64,000 nucleotides of DNA, from assembly GCA_964016885.1 (NCBI GenBank), contig OZ024764.1, positions 29,016,001 through 29,080,000 on the forward strand, read 5' to 3'. The notes beneath the pieces were generated by a model that saw nothing but the letters and a program-made list of their open reading frames with translations, searched no databases and was not told where the DNA came from. Source of the stretch: Eledone cirrhosa. Its lineage: Eukaryota. The translations under genes and the position numbers were made by a program. This document shows, piece after piece, positions 36,481 to 50,237 of this stretch. The stretch's first letter is position 1, and each line of letters opens with the position of its first letter.

Positions 36481-38066
36481 GTTGTTTATTATGTAATTAA
36501 ATAGCTCTGTACAATACATAGAGCACTCTTCTTTTCTTTACCTTTTCTATGGAAATACAAGAACAAACATATAAATATATATATATATGTATATACATAA
36601 ACAAGACTGTTATTGCTCCAACCAGTCTATTTACCTTTGATAACTATCCTAAATATAAATACACCTATACCATACATACATATATCATATATGTTTTTGA
36701 TGCCGTGGTATAGCAGAGATAAGCAAGAAGAGAAAAGAAAATGAAAAGGAGAAAAAAAAAGAAGTAAGAAGTCGGGGGAGGGACAGACACTTCACCCCAG
36801 TCTAAGTGGTCCCTCAGCCGCAACCTGTGGAAGAAACGTAAAAGCGTTACCTCGGAGCAAGGCCAGAGACACCTGCTACAATAGTCGCCCCTCCTCATGA
36901 GGCTCCTGTCATCTTTCCTCCCGACTTTATGGAGGAAATCAGCAGTACAGGGACCAAGTATGGCAGAGGTCTCAATGGAGTGGAAGAGGTGAGTCAGGCC
37001 TTGGTACTATCTTACTATCCTCTGCATTGCGGGGTGTGGAGCCTAGGTTTGTGGCTGTAGCTATATTTGAACTTTTATATGAAATTTCAGCTTTACATTT
37101 TTCACATCATAAAACTTAATCTTAGTCTTTTGCAGCTCATCTTGTTTCATCTCGCAGCACACGATTCGGGAACCACTGCTCTAGAGATAGAAAAAGTATA
37201 TTTTATGCAGGGCTTCCCTGAGACATAAAAACTATTTCAAGAGATCGACATGGGTAGAAAGGTTGAGAAATGCTGCACAATGTTCTTTGGTTTTTGTTCA
37301 CCTTTAAATAATCATGTATAAAATATCGGGTGTGCAAGATTTCATGAAAAGGTATAACATTATTTATGCTGATCTTGCAGGGACTAGCTCCAATTCAGAG
37401 TTGTACCAATTCCCACTAAACTCGAAACTCCTGGACAATATATACATATCTTTATAAGTTCCTGTGTATTGTGTCGCTGTATAATGAAACATAAATATAT
37501 ACCATGCATGTCAGTCAGATTTGAACTCACTATATTTGGCGTTTTATAGATATAATTTGTTTGTTAAAACAATTGATTAAATAATAACTAAATAAAATTA
37601 ATTCTACAATCCTGGATAGGGAATGAACTTATAACTGCATAATAGAAGCCATCTATTCGAGCAGTATTGCCATCTAAGCCACCAGGTTACTTACAGAACT
37701 TCATTCAAATATAAAATATAAAATATATGCCAGACATAGTGAGTTCGAATCTGACTGATTAGTTGGTCATTGTCCCAGCCAACAGTTTAAATCGCCAACC
37801 AGTAGGTGACATCGACTAGGTTGGGAAAACTTGGTTAAGTAGCTCCAGTTATTGCTACGTTAGACATATTCAAGACTTATCGACACTGAATGGAAGAAAG
37901 GTAAAGTTGAACTCAGAGTAAAGAACTGGAAAAATACTGCAAAGAATTCTATCTGATGTTCTAACAATTCTACCAAGTTACCTCATGTATATATATTTAT
38001 ATCTAGAGATAAGAAGAAAACTGAAAGAAAGAAAAGAAAAAAAATGAGACCTTATATGTAACCCAT

Positions 38067-38594
38067 GTTACAACTCAATATATATATATTTGGGTTGTAA
38101 CATATTCCCGCCGGTGAAATAAAAATTTTAATAGAAAAACGGCGGGAATATATGTTACAACCCAATCTATATATATTTGAGTTGTAACATATATTCCCGC
38201 CGTTGAAATAAAAATTTGAATAGAAAAACGGCGGGAATATATGTTACAATCCAATGTACATATATTTGGGTTGTAACATATATTCCCGCCGTTGAAATAA
38301 AAATTTTAATAGAAAAACGGCGGGAATATATGTTACAACGCAATCTATATATATTTGGGTTGTAACATATATTCCCGCCGTCGAAATAAAAATTTTAATA
38401 GAAAAACGGCGGGAATATATGTTACAACTCAAATATATATAGATTGGGTTGTAACATATATTCCCGCCGTTTTTCTATTAAAATATTTATTTCAACGGCG
38501 GGAATATATGTTACAGCCCAAAAATATGTAGGTTGGGTTGTAACATATATTCCCGCCGTTTTTCTATTAAAATTTTTATTTCACCGGCGGGAAT
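38067..38594. repeat. 89 bp double-hairpin tandem repeat, 6 units
   Basis: gttacaac starts at 38154, 38243, 38332 and 38421. The monomer is gttacaacccaa..ttgggttgtaac plus atatattcccgccgtt..aacggcgggaatatat. Confidence 0.95.
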
Positions 38595-38625
38595 ATATAC
38601 CCTGAGAGACTGAGAAATCTCTTTC

Positions 38626-38871
38626 AAAGAGATTTCTCAGTCTCTCAGGGTATATTTGCAATGGTGGCAACATAACCTTTCCTTTATTACAACAGTTACA
38701 ATTTTCATTTCTAAATTTCAAAGCTCCACAGTGATCACACGAAACATTCATATCACTAATATGAAATCCTTCTACATTTCCATTAATATTAATTGTTGGC
38801 AATTTCTCTTACGACGCTCATTATCCATTCTTCTCTGTCTGAATGTTTTCCAGTCTAAGTCTATTTGCATG
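38626..38871 (-). pseudogene. Helitron zinc-finger fragment ending in a fold-back
   Basis: CDHCGALKFRNENCNCCNKGKVMLPP, truncated at NLFER by the palindrome at 38595-38655. Confidence 0.9.
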
Positions 38872-38971
38872 GAATAATTATATTCTGTTGTTTATTATGT
38901 AATTAAATAGCTCTGTACAATATATATAGCATTCTTCTTTTCTTTACCTTTTCTATGGAAATACAAGAACA

Positions 38972-39036
<65 letters not shown>

Positions 39037-41104
39037 ATATACATAAACAAGACTGTTATTGCTCCAACCAGTCTATTTACCTTTGATAACTATCCTAAAT
39101 ATAAATACACCTATACCATACATACACATATTATATATGTTTTTGATGCCGTGGTATAGCAGAGATAAGCAAGAAGAGAAAAGAAAATGAAAATGAGAAA
39201 AAAAAAGAAGTAAGAAGTCGGGGGAGGGACAGACACTTCACCCCAGTCTAAGTGGTCCCTCAGCCGCAACCTGTGGAAGAAACGTAAAAGCGTTACTTCG
39301 GAGCAAGGCCAGAGACACCTGCTACAATAGTCGCCCCTCCTCATGAGGCTCCTGTTGTCTTTCCTCCCGACTTTATGGAGGAAATCAGCAGTACAGGGAC
39401 CAAGTATGGCAGACGTCTCAATGGAGTGGAAGAGGTGAGTCAGGCCTTGGTACTATCTTACTATCCTTTGCATTGCGGGGTGTGGAGCCTAGGTTTGTGG
39501 CTGTAGCTATATTTGAACTTTTATATGAAATTTCAGTTTTATATTTTTCACATCTTAAAACTTAATCTTAGTCTTTTGCAGCTCATCTTGTTTCATCTCG
39601 CAGCACACGATTTGGGAACCACTGCTCTAGAGATAGAAAAAGTATATTTTATGCAGGGCTTCCCTGAGACATAAAAACTATTTCAAGAGATCGACATGGG
39701 TAGAAAGGTTGAGAAATGCTGCACAATGTTCTTTGGTTTTTGTTCACCTTTAAATAATCATGTATAAAATATCGGGTGTGCAAGATTTCATGAAAAGGTA
39801 TAACATTATTTATGCTAATCTTGCAGGGACTAGCTCCAATTGAGAGTTGTACCAATTCCCACTAAACTCGAAACTCCTGGACAATATATACATATCTTTA
39901 TAAGTTCCTGTGTATTGTGTCGCTGTATAATGAAACATAAATATATACCATGCATGTCAGTCAGATTTGAACTCACTATATTTGGCGTTTTATAGATATA
40001 ATTTGTTTGTTAAAACAATTGATTAAATAATAACTAAATAAAATTAATTCTACAATCCTGGATAGGGAATGAACTTATAACTTCATAATAGAAGCCATCT
40101 ATTCGAGCAGTATTGCCATCTAAGCCACCAGGTTACTTACAGAACTTCATTCAAATATAAAATATAAAATATATGCCAGACATAGTGAGTTGGAATCTGA
40201 CTGATTAGTTGGTCATTGTCCCAGCCAACAGTTTAAATCGCCAACCAGTAGGTGACATCGACTAGGTTGGGAAAACTTGGTTAAGTAGCTCCAGTTATTG
40301 CTACGTTAGACATATTCAAGACTTATCGACACCGAATGGAAGAAAGGTAAAGTTGAACTCAGAGTAAAGAACTGGAAAAATACTGCAAAGAATTCTATCT
40401 GATGTTCTAACAATTCTACCAAGTTACCTCATGTATATATATTTATATCTAGAGATAAGAAGAAAACTGAAAGAAAGAAAAATGAGACCTTATATGTAAC
40501 CCATGACCAGGATTGAAACCGAAACCATGACTACCACCATCTCTGGTATCACCCACCAGACCACCATGAAAGATACAAACATCTGCTTTTTTAATATTTA
40601 TAAGCCTACTTTCAATATTAAAGTAATTAACATGTGGTGTTGTTCATGCCTTTCTCTATGTTATTGGTAAAAAATAAAGTATTTAAACCTCAAATTTTGT
40701 TATTCAAATATGCTTGCTTATGTAATTATAAATGTCGCAGAATACACACACATATATAGATGTGAAAATATTCAGGACCCCAACGGCTGTGCTACTGCCG
40801 TTTCGACATCTATATATATATCTTTTAGTCCTAGGCTCTTTCAGCGCAGAAAGAATTCTCCAATGATCACAACCAGCTAATGGTGCCCAGTGGAAGCACT
40901 TTAGTCTAATTATAACCCCAACGATCACGATTAGCGGCGGCTTTTTCGAGTCTGAGGTTGACTGCCAGATATATATATATATCTATATATATATATATAT
41001 ATTTTTATACTTTGCTAGAATCCCGGAGAACAACAGAAAGATGCTGAGTTCAGAGTTTAAAAAACATGTCCCCTTTAATATAAAAACAATCCGAGTCTTG
41101 TAAA

Positions 41105-42320
41105 AGTGTTATTACTGTAATATAAAGTAGAAACCCTTTATTTAAACAAAGCTGCGATGCAGCGATCATCAAAGCAAACCCCAAAATGTAAACAAACTTC
41201 TCGCAGGTGCTGCCAGATACACGATAACATGTGTATACGAAGTGTAACAGGGAGTTGGGTCGTATTATATGACTTTCAAATTGACCCCTATTATATTCAA
41301 ATTATCCCCTGTGGGGCGTGCACCCCACGTTGAGAATCCCTCATAAATAAATATATGTGAGTGTGTTGCTATGACTGCTATTTCTAGCAGGTTTACTGCA
41401 GTCCTGTAGACGCACAACAAAAACCGGAAGTGGAAGCCATTAAAAAACTTTGGCTTAAAATCAGGCAAAAGTTTTTTAACAATTTGCCAAGAAAGATAAC
41501 TCTTGTCTTACTTAATCGCAAAAATCGAGGCAAAAAATTTTGCGGGTGTGCAGTTTGTTTGGTGTATTTGACTGCTATTTCTAGCATATATGGACACTTT
41601 AGAAATAGCAGCGAAACACGGGAAACATAAGAAAGAAGGACACACACGTATATATATATACATATATATATGCACAGATATATACATTTAAATATATATA
41701 TTTATATATACATACACGCGCGCACACACACCTATACGTAGATATGGGTGTGTGTATAGCTGGTATATATATATATGTATGGGTGAGTGTATAGCTGGTA
41801 TATATATATATATATATAGGTGTGTGTCCTTCTTTCTGCTGTTTTCCGTTTTTCGCTGCTATTTCTAATGTGTCCATACATGCTAGAAATAGCAGTCAAA
41901 TACACCAAACAAACTGCACACCCGCAAAATTTTTGCCTCGATTTTTGCGATTAAGTAAGACAAGAGTTATCTTTCTTGGAAAATTGTTAAAAAACTTTTG
42001 CCTGATTTTAAGCCAAAGTTTTTTAATGGCTGCCACTTCCGGTTTTTGTTGTGCGTCTACAGGACTGCAGTAAACCTGCTAGAAATAGCAGTCATAGCAA
42101 CACACTCACATATATTTATTTATGAGGGATTCTCAACGTGGGGTGCACGCCCCACAGGGGATAATTTGAATATAATAGGGGTCAATTTGAAAGTCATATA
42201 ATACGACCAAGCTTCCAGATACACTTCGTATACACATGTTATTTGAAGTTTGTTTTGATCATCGCTGCATCGCAGCTTTGTTTAAATAAAGGGTTTCTAC
42301 TTTATATTACAGTAATAAAA
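41105..42320. repeat. Long inverted repeat, B-type core, in unit copy 2
   Basis: Mirrored ORFs 41265..41468(-) and 41998..42201(+). Confidence 0.9.
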
Positions 42321-42454
42321 GTTTTACTTCGTCTACACATGTTATCGTGTATCCGGCAGCACCTATGGGCTGTTTGTTTATACTTTGGTGTTTATTTTGA
42401 TCATCGCCTCATCGCAGGTTTGTTTAATTAAAGGTTGCGAGGGGGATCACTGAC

Positions 42455-42457
<3 letters not shown>

Positions 42458-42538
<81 letters not shown>

Positions 42539-42617
42539 AAGACACACACATATATATACATACACGCAGACATACACCTGTGTGTATGTGTATGTTCGTG
42601 TGTGCGTGTCTTTGGCT

Positions 42618-42702
<85 letters not shown>
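42458..42702. repeat. Compound microsatellite (TA)n(GA)n ... (CT)n (also at 57283-57502)
   Basis: Directly visible; the GA and CT tracts are mutually inverted around an ~85 bp spacer. Confidence 0.95.
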
Positions 42703-42799
42703 GTGTATATATATACAGACACACACTGTTGTTTCTTGATTTTTAGCTGCTGTTTCTAAAGTGTCTATTAATATATGCTAGAAATAGCAGTCAAGGGAA

Positions 42800-43244
42800 C
42801 ATTTACGTATATATATGTAAGGACAGTGACACCTGCTGCAACAGGCATCCAACCTCGTGGGACTCCATCCTCAGACGGGCCACAGACACTGCGATGTTGC
42901 GGAGGAGCTCGGCTGTAATGGGTCCAAGTTGGCCCGGGGTCTCGACGGCGGCTGGTGCTTAGAAGAGGCTCCAGGACAAACACCGGAATTTGTTTATTTT
43001 ATGTTCATCTGCGAGACGGGCAGCGATGCTGGGGTTTGTGGATCTACCTCCTTCGAATGGGAAGAGGGTGATTCCCTCGGGGTGCTTGCCATCTCCGCGG
43101 CCTAAGCCTGCTGACTCCAGTTGAGATGGAAATTCAGCTGCGTCCAGGTTTCTTCTCACTATGTCGTTGAGAGCATTTATGTGGCTCACACACGCGGAGG
43201 CCAAGGCGTTGGGCTACTCCGATGCGAGTTCAATCATCATCAAG
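42800..43244 (-). mobile_element. CRE-like non-LTR retrotransposon 3' fragment (zinc-knuckle start + RLE), type 2
   Basis: Across frames: LDDD*TRIGVAQRLGLRVCEPHKC / NALNDIVRRNLDAAEFPSQLESAGLGRGDGKHPEGITLFPFEGGRS / AARLADEHKINKF / PAAVETPGQLGP..LLQQVSL. This matches the LEPxGLxRxDGKRPDG and ETxG motifs. Confidence 0.85.
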
Positions 43245-44865
43245 AATTTATTTGAATTGAAAGGTCACTAAACTAATATAGGAGTGTCATTTAAAAATAA
43301 GGTAAACAGAAATAGTTACACCGGTAACATAATTACTGTGACACCGGTAGTTCACTAACAAATCATTTCACGTTCGTCTCTAACAGGTAATGTTTTAATT
43401 TGCTCTCCATGTTGGGGAGTAACTGTAGTTTGGCTTGCTAGGGGTCATACATCTTCATACACACACACATACTATATATATATATACAAAGGAAAGGAAG
43501 ATAAACAAATATCAGAGGATTTGACCGGCTTCTTCCTCTTGGCACCTGTAGCCACCATGACGTATAAGTATAAATATATATATATACATATCTATCTATC
43601 TATATATATATCATTTTCATTTTACGTCTGCTTTTCCCTGTTTGCAAGGGTGGGGCATATATATATATATCATCATCATTATACATCCACTTTTCCCCGC
43701 TTGGCAGCACCTACGAGATGTTTGTTTTGATCATCGCTGCATCGTAGCTTTGTTTAAATAAAGGGTTTCTACTTTATATTACAGTAATAATACTTTCAGA
43801 ATACTCGGATTGTTTTTATATTAAAGGGGAACATAAACATATTTTAGAGGAGGGGTGTGGAACAGAAAAGTTTGGGGACCACTGATACACACACACATTT
43901 ATTTAATATTTTTATGTCTGTGTGTGTATACTATATATATATATATATGTACAGGGAGGTCGAAGCATTTCAGAATTTTTCTAGGCGGGGGGGGGGGGGG
44001 GTGCAAATCCCCCTCTTTATATCAATTAGCACACACTCTCTCCCTCTCTATATCTACTACACGGCACTCTCTTCCAATACCCCTCTCTATATGAAGTAAC
44101 ACCAAACTCTCCCCCTCTCTATATATTAAGCACTAAGTCAGTAATTTTTTTCTTCTTTCGTGCAGAGAGAGTAAAGTTGATTAAATCTACTGCAGTGAAT
44201 TACTGGTATTTTATTTAATAAAAATTAAAATTTACTATTTGTCTTCGTTTAATTTTCGTTTTTCTTTACATAGTTTCGTTTCGTTAAATGTCTCCAGAAT
44301 TTGTTTTTACTTTTACCGGATATTGAAGGTGTAAACTTGGTGTTGTCTAGAAACGTGTTAGAAATATTTTTCTTTTAATTGTGAAGAATTTAACCGCAAA
44401 GTAAGTTTTTTTTACTGTTTATTTGTGGCTGGGACAACGTATGGTATGTGTTAATGTAAATGGTGAAGGTTTAAAGATTCTTTTTACAACTGAAAATCAG
44501 TTTGTTGTTGCTGCTAATTACTTAACGCATGGAATAGATTAAAAAAATACAGGATTGTTTCTCGGAAGAGAGAAAGAAGAAACAACAAATCACAGAAGCG
44601 GGTAGCACACACATTTGGGACCACATACAACACAAAAACAGGTAATCCACACATCTGGGACCACATACAACACACCAGCAGGTAATACATACATCTAGGA
44701 CCACATAAGCAGGTAATACACACATCTAGGACCACATACAACACACAAGCAGGTAATACACACATCTAGGACGACATACAACCAAAGGCAGGCGAAAGGG
44801 GTGGACAAACGAGCTGCTACTAGAGCAAAAGATAACAGTATCGCGAGGAGCACTGGGAAACCTCT

Positions 44866-45069
44866 CTAATGATTTTTTAGGCAAGCCAGCACGTCTGCAG
44901 CGTTACCTCGGGCGATGGCGAGGCTGAGGAGCTGGAACAACCAAGTGCCCTCACGAGCTTCACCAGTCACCTTCGTCAGGCTAGCCGCCAGTGAAGATAG
45001 GAATCTCGCAGTCAGTATCCCGACTCCCCCAAACGCCACAGGCTGGAAAATGTAGTTAGCCGACAGATC
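44866..45069 (-). mobile_element. CRE-like 3' fragment type 1, copy 2
   Basis: Near-identical to 5536-5739. Confidence 0.8.
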
Positions 45070-45228
45070 ACAGTATTACTTAACAGTGATAGATATTCTG
45101 TCTAAAGGAGGGGCGTGCAACAGGCGGCCCGCGGGCCACAATCGAGCCCACCTGACCAGTCAGAGTGGCCCGCAATGACTGTTGTAGGCTTATTTAGAAT
45201 TTTTTCCATACCCGTAATACTTCTGTTA

Positions 45229-45485
45229 GTTGACCTATACTAAAGGACTTCACTGATAGGGTTATATGTGTTATAATTTCCCAGTTGACCTATACTAAAG
45301 GACTTCACTGATAGGGTTATATGTGTTATAGTTTCCCAGTTGACCTATACTAAAGGGCTTCACTGATAGAGTTATATGTGTTATAGTTTGCCAGAGGGCT
45401 TCACTGATAGGGTTATATGTGTTATAGTTTCCCAGTTGACCTATACTAAAGGGCTTCACTGATAGAGTTATATGTGTTATAGTTT
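45229..45485. repeat. 55 bp tandem repeat, 5 units
   Basis: Same monomer and flanks as 5899-6540. Confidence 0.97.
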
Positions 45486-47656
45486 GAAACAAACTACCTG
45501 CATCAGTTATTATACTTTTATAACACCGCTATATTACCTACATGAAAGAGGTAAATATTTATTTCTCTTGTCTTCTTAAATGTATAGAACATTTTTCTTA
45601 TATATATTCTTAACATAGCTAGGACCGTTTATTATTTACTAGTCTCTACTCCTAGGACTTTGCTGGTCTCATGTCCCCTCCATCAACACACACTCGGTAG
45701 AAAGCTGGTCGTCGGAGGTAAAGTGGCCCTGATTACAGGTCTAGTATTGAAGCCTTTCGGCTTGAGCCTTGCTGATGCCGACAGAGTTCCTGTGGTAGTT
45801 TTGGTAGCACAGGTGACATTTTATTGTGTTTAGGTACCGGCTAGTGCGGACACAGAGAGCACAACCAGGTGGTGAGCTGGCAACGACCAAGTGTAGAGGG
45901 CCAGCTTTGAAATTCGAGCGACGGAGTGAACTAGTAAAAGAGGCAGGGTAAGCAGCATTGGTTCTAACGGTGGGACTAGAACGGAGGTTGGGTGGTGCTG
46001 GGGGTGGGCTAACAGCTAACAGTTGTAGGAGTGGTGGGGGTTTGCTAGGATTAATTTTTACATCTGTCTGTGAACTCTTGAAAAAGCAACATACAATTGT
46101 CCAGGGTTAAATACTTGCTCAGGGAGGAACAGACCCACTTTATCATGTATTTGACCATGGTTCTTGTTGATTGTCATGGCATATGACAGTCTTAATGGAA
46201 ACTGGGGTCTTTCCAAAGTAAAAGGGATGTTGGCACCACTGGGGGATAACTTCAGTCTTGGGATCAAAACACACCTGCCCATCAAAGGACCATAGATATG
46301 AGAAGCTTTGATAAAATGTTTATGCAGTTCTACTACTTCTAATCTTGTGCCATTACATAATCTGTTCTGGATTGAAATATTCCATAGAAGCATTATTATT
46401 GATCCTGCTTATAATTGGAGTTAGTGAGGCGGCATCCCAGAAGGTGTAAGCAAGTTCATTTAGCTTGAACCAGGCAGCAAGGGTCCCTGCATTTCTACCA
46501 CAACCTGAGCATTGCCTCTTTGAAAGTAAACTCTGTTTGTTCTCCAGGTGTGTGGCTAGGCTGTATACTGTATGTGATGTACCATGAAGCTTAAATTCCG
46601 AGAGACACGACACTGCTTCTGGCTGAGACACATACCTGCAACAAAGATAGGTTCTTATTTCATCATGGTTGTGTTGGTTCTGAGCCTCATTAGGTAATGC
46701 ATTATTCGTTACTTCTATAGATGTACAATCATGCCCCATGTAACATATTTAAAGAGGTACTTGACACTTTTTACAGAAGCGCAAACTTCAACATTAATAT
46801 GTGCACAATATTTCTTAAGCAAAAAGGCATTAAATGGCATAACATTCCTGTTATCTACTGAATGTCATCCAATTTACACTGCAGTTCCTGTCTTGCACCT
46901 CCTGTACTCTGGGTATCCATTTAGGTTCAATAATGTTTCCCTTCTGTAGGTTTTTGGATAGTTCTTTTTGAAAAATCCATTTTGTATAAATGGGGGAAAA
47001 GGGTTTCCAGAACCACATGGCCTGTGGATCATAAACTTTTAAACCTGCTCATGTAGTACTGGATCATCTTCCAATGCAGGTATTTCTGCTGACACGATTC
47101 TGTCAATGTCTTCTCTGTTTCTTATCTTGTCTTCATTTTTTAAGGCTCAGTGTTATCATCTGTTTAGATAATTCATTAAACCATTATACTCATCCACTCA
47201 CAATTGGGTTTGATTGTTCCTCAAATATTGAAGCCTGCATCCCTCTACTTTCATATAGGCATCCACTAAATACTGCTAAAATAATTTACCTGCCCTATAT
47301 ATCGCACTAAATCCTCCTCTATATGCTATACAGTATATGTAATACTCCTGCATTGTCAGTCTATTGCAAACACAGGTCCTACATTCCTCTCCATGGCACT
47401 ATGCCACCAAAATTCACCATTATCGGTCGGTCATGAGGTCCAAGTGGCATGCATTATGTGGTATTTTCTGAGGAGGATGGTCTTTAGGAAAGATGATAAT
47501 ATCTCTTTGTACAGGTGGTGTGCCCTCAATCCCCCACAAAACAACAGCTATCATTACTAGTTGGTAAATTAGAGCAGCTCATATCTGATCCTCTTCTAAA
47601 TCTTAATTCACAGTTCTGTACACGACAATTTTCTCTTCTTGCACTTTGCTGTTTGA

Positions 47657-49964
47657 GATGAAACAAGATAGCAATGTCCATAACATTACATGTCAGAATT
47701 ATTAGCCACATGGGGCAGAGATGTCCATAACATTACATGTCAGAATTATTAGCCACCGGGGCAGAGATGTCCATAACATTACATGTCAGAATTATTAGCC
47801 ACAGGGGCAGAGATGTCCATAACATTACATGACAGAATTATTAGCCACAGGGGCAGAGATGACCATAACATTACATGACAGATTTATTAGCCACAGGTGC
47901 AGACATGACCATAACATTACATGACAGAATTATTAACCACAGGGGCAGAGATGACCATAACATTACATGACAATTATTAGCCCCAGGGGCAGATATGTCC
48001 ATAACATTACATGACAGAGTTTCATCTCGCGCTCTCTCTCTCTCGTTTCATCTCGCTCTCTCTCTCTCTCGTTTCATCTCTGTCTTCCTCTCTCTCATTT
48101 CATCTCTGTCTTCCTCTCTCTCGTTCCATCTCTCTCTTCCTCTCTCTCGTTCCATCTCTCTCTTCCTCTCTCTCGTTTCATCACTCTCTCTCGTTTCATC
48201 TCTATTTCTCTCTCTCGTTTCATCTGTCTCTCTCTCTGTCGTTTCATCTCCCTCTATCTCTCTCTCGCTCTCTCATTTCATCTCTCTCTCCCTCTCGTTT
48301 CATCTCGCTCTCTCTCTCCTGTTTCATCTCGCTCTCTCTCTCCTGTTTCATCTCGCTCTCTAGTCTCGTTTCCTCTCTCTCTCATTTCATCTCGCTCTCT
48401 CTCTCTCTCTCTCTCTCTCGTTTCATCTCGCTCTCTCTCTCGCTCTCTCTCTCTCTCATTTCATCTCACTCTCTCTCTCTCTCGTTTCATCTCGCTCTCA
48501 TTTCATCTCGCTCTCTCTCTCTCGTTCCATCTTGCTCTCTCTCTCTCTTCCTCTCTCTCTTGTTTCAACACTCTAATCCCTCACTTGTTTCATCTCTCTC
48601 TTGTTTCAATTCGTTCTCTCTCTCTCTCTCTCTTTCTCTCCCCTCTCTCTTTCTCTCCCCTCTCTCTCTTGTTTCATCCCTCACCCTCTTGTTTCATCCC
48701 CCCTCTCCCTCTTCCTCTCTCTCTCTTCCTCTCTCTCTCTTCCTCTCTCTCTCTCTTTCTCTCTCTCTCTTCCTCTCTCTCTCTCTTCCTCTCTCTCTCT
48801 CTCTTCCTCTCTCTCTCTCTTTCACACTCTATCTCCGACTCGTTTCATCACTCTCTCCCCTCTCTCCCCTCACCCTCTTGTTTCAACTCTCTCCTCGTTT
48901 CAACTCTCTCTCCTCTCGTTTCAACTCTCTCTCTCTCTCTCCTCTCGTTACAACTCTCTCTCTCTCTCCTCTCGTTTCAACTCTCTCTTTTCTCGTTTCA
49001 ACTCTCTCCTCTCTTGTTTCAACTCTCTCACCTCTCGTTTCAACTCTTTCTCTCTGTGTCTCCAATGTGTAATAAACCGTGACTCATATATATATACCGA
49101 AGAATGTACATAAACACATACATACACGCATGTGTATATATATATACATACATGTGTCTCTCTCTCTCCCTATATATATGTATATATGTATAAATATGTA
49201 CATACATATTAGTGTATATATATTGCTATCTATATGCATATTTGTATAATTATACTGTATGGTGAATTGGCAGTATCGGTAGAGGGTCTGACGCCATGCT
49301 TTCCAGCATAGTTACGTCCCTTTACGATCCGAGGTTAACTTTGCCTTTCATCCTTACGGGGTCGATAAAATAAAGTACCAGTAATGTACTGGTTAATTGC
49401 TGGCCTTGTGCCTAAAGTAGAAACAATTATTAGTTCAAAGAGAAACCACCATCCTACCTGAAATATTATGTTATTATATTAAATATTTCTTATACTGTCA
49501 TGTTTTTTCTTTAAAACGATTGCATCTCAATAAAGTGAAGAAAACTATTATATACTGTTGTTATATCATTATACTTTAGTTTTAACATTTCTATGTGTAT
49601 AAATATAATGTATGTAAGTGTGTTTGAAAATATATAATAATAATATGCATGTTTGAAGCAGGGTTCAACTGAAATATCTATACCAGTAACTTAATTAGTG
49701 TTACACCTTAGGCATAAACTATTTGGCATTCTTTGAAGGAGGTACTAGGTTTTTCGCTGTCTTAAATGGAGTATACACGCGCACACGATGCATATATATA
49801 AATTGTTTTTCTCTGTACAAAGAGATTGACATAATTTCTTAAATCATTATTTAGGGTTTTACAACAAAACATATTGTATGTGTAATTATACAAATTGAAT
49901 TTAAGTATTTATTTTAAAATTTTACATACACTTTAGTAGTATATATATATATATTCATTTGTGA
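47657..49964 (-). mobile_element. 2.3 kb satellite-bearing insertion in the Helitron gene (non-coding; possibly a non-autonomous rolling-circle element)
   Basis: Interrupts gctgtttga|tgccatgc, which is intact at 8711/8712 and 63295/63296. Contains ~8 46-mers, one CT block, a SINE and an AT-rich tail. Its right part recurs at ~33660-35737. Confidence 0.8.
49261..49431 (+). mobile_element. Second SINE, duplicate copy
   Basis: Near-identical to 35000-35170. Confidence 0.82.
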
Positions 49965-50069
49965 TGCCATGCATTGTATTGTACACTTCGACATATGGAT
50001 TATATTCATGCAACACCTCTCTTATCATAGCCATTTTTTGTGGTGAGCAGTCATTATTTGTTGGGACTA

Positions 50070-50237
50070 GGGCAGTGGATTGGCAGTATCGGTAGAGCGT
50101 CAGACACCATGCTTTGCAGCATAGGGTTATGGCCCTTTACGTTCTGGGTTCAAATCCCTCTAAGGTTGACTTTGTTTTCATCCTTATGAGGTCGATAGAA
50201 TAAAGTACCAGTAATTGCTGGCCTTGTGCCAGAAACA
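50070..50237 (+). mobile_element. Same SINE insertion, duplicated with the unit
   Basis: Near-identical to 8816-8983 with the same flanks. Confidence 0.85.

Larger units (their letters stand above)
35738..49964. repeat. Composite tandem macro-repeat unit, copy 2 (~14.2 kb period)
   Basis: Colinear with 49965-64000; homologous points are 35738/49965 and 39268/53693. Contains an internal ~2.4 kb duplication (36822 vs 39268). Confidence 0.95.

Noticed and set aside
5778-37178. One giant hAT element bracketing the Helitron (left end 5778, right end gggaaccactg ~37177)
   Set aside because: The termini are poorly complementary and the flanking 8-mers differ (gtctaaag vs ctctagag); probably two unrelated remnants.
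38067-38594. Palindromic repeats as a CRISPR or attC-type array
   Set aside because: The loops are the same in every unit, so there are no unique spacers or cassettes.
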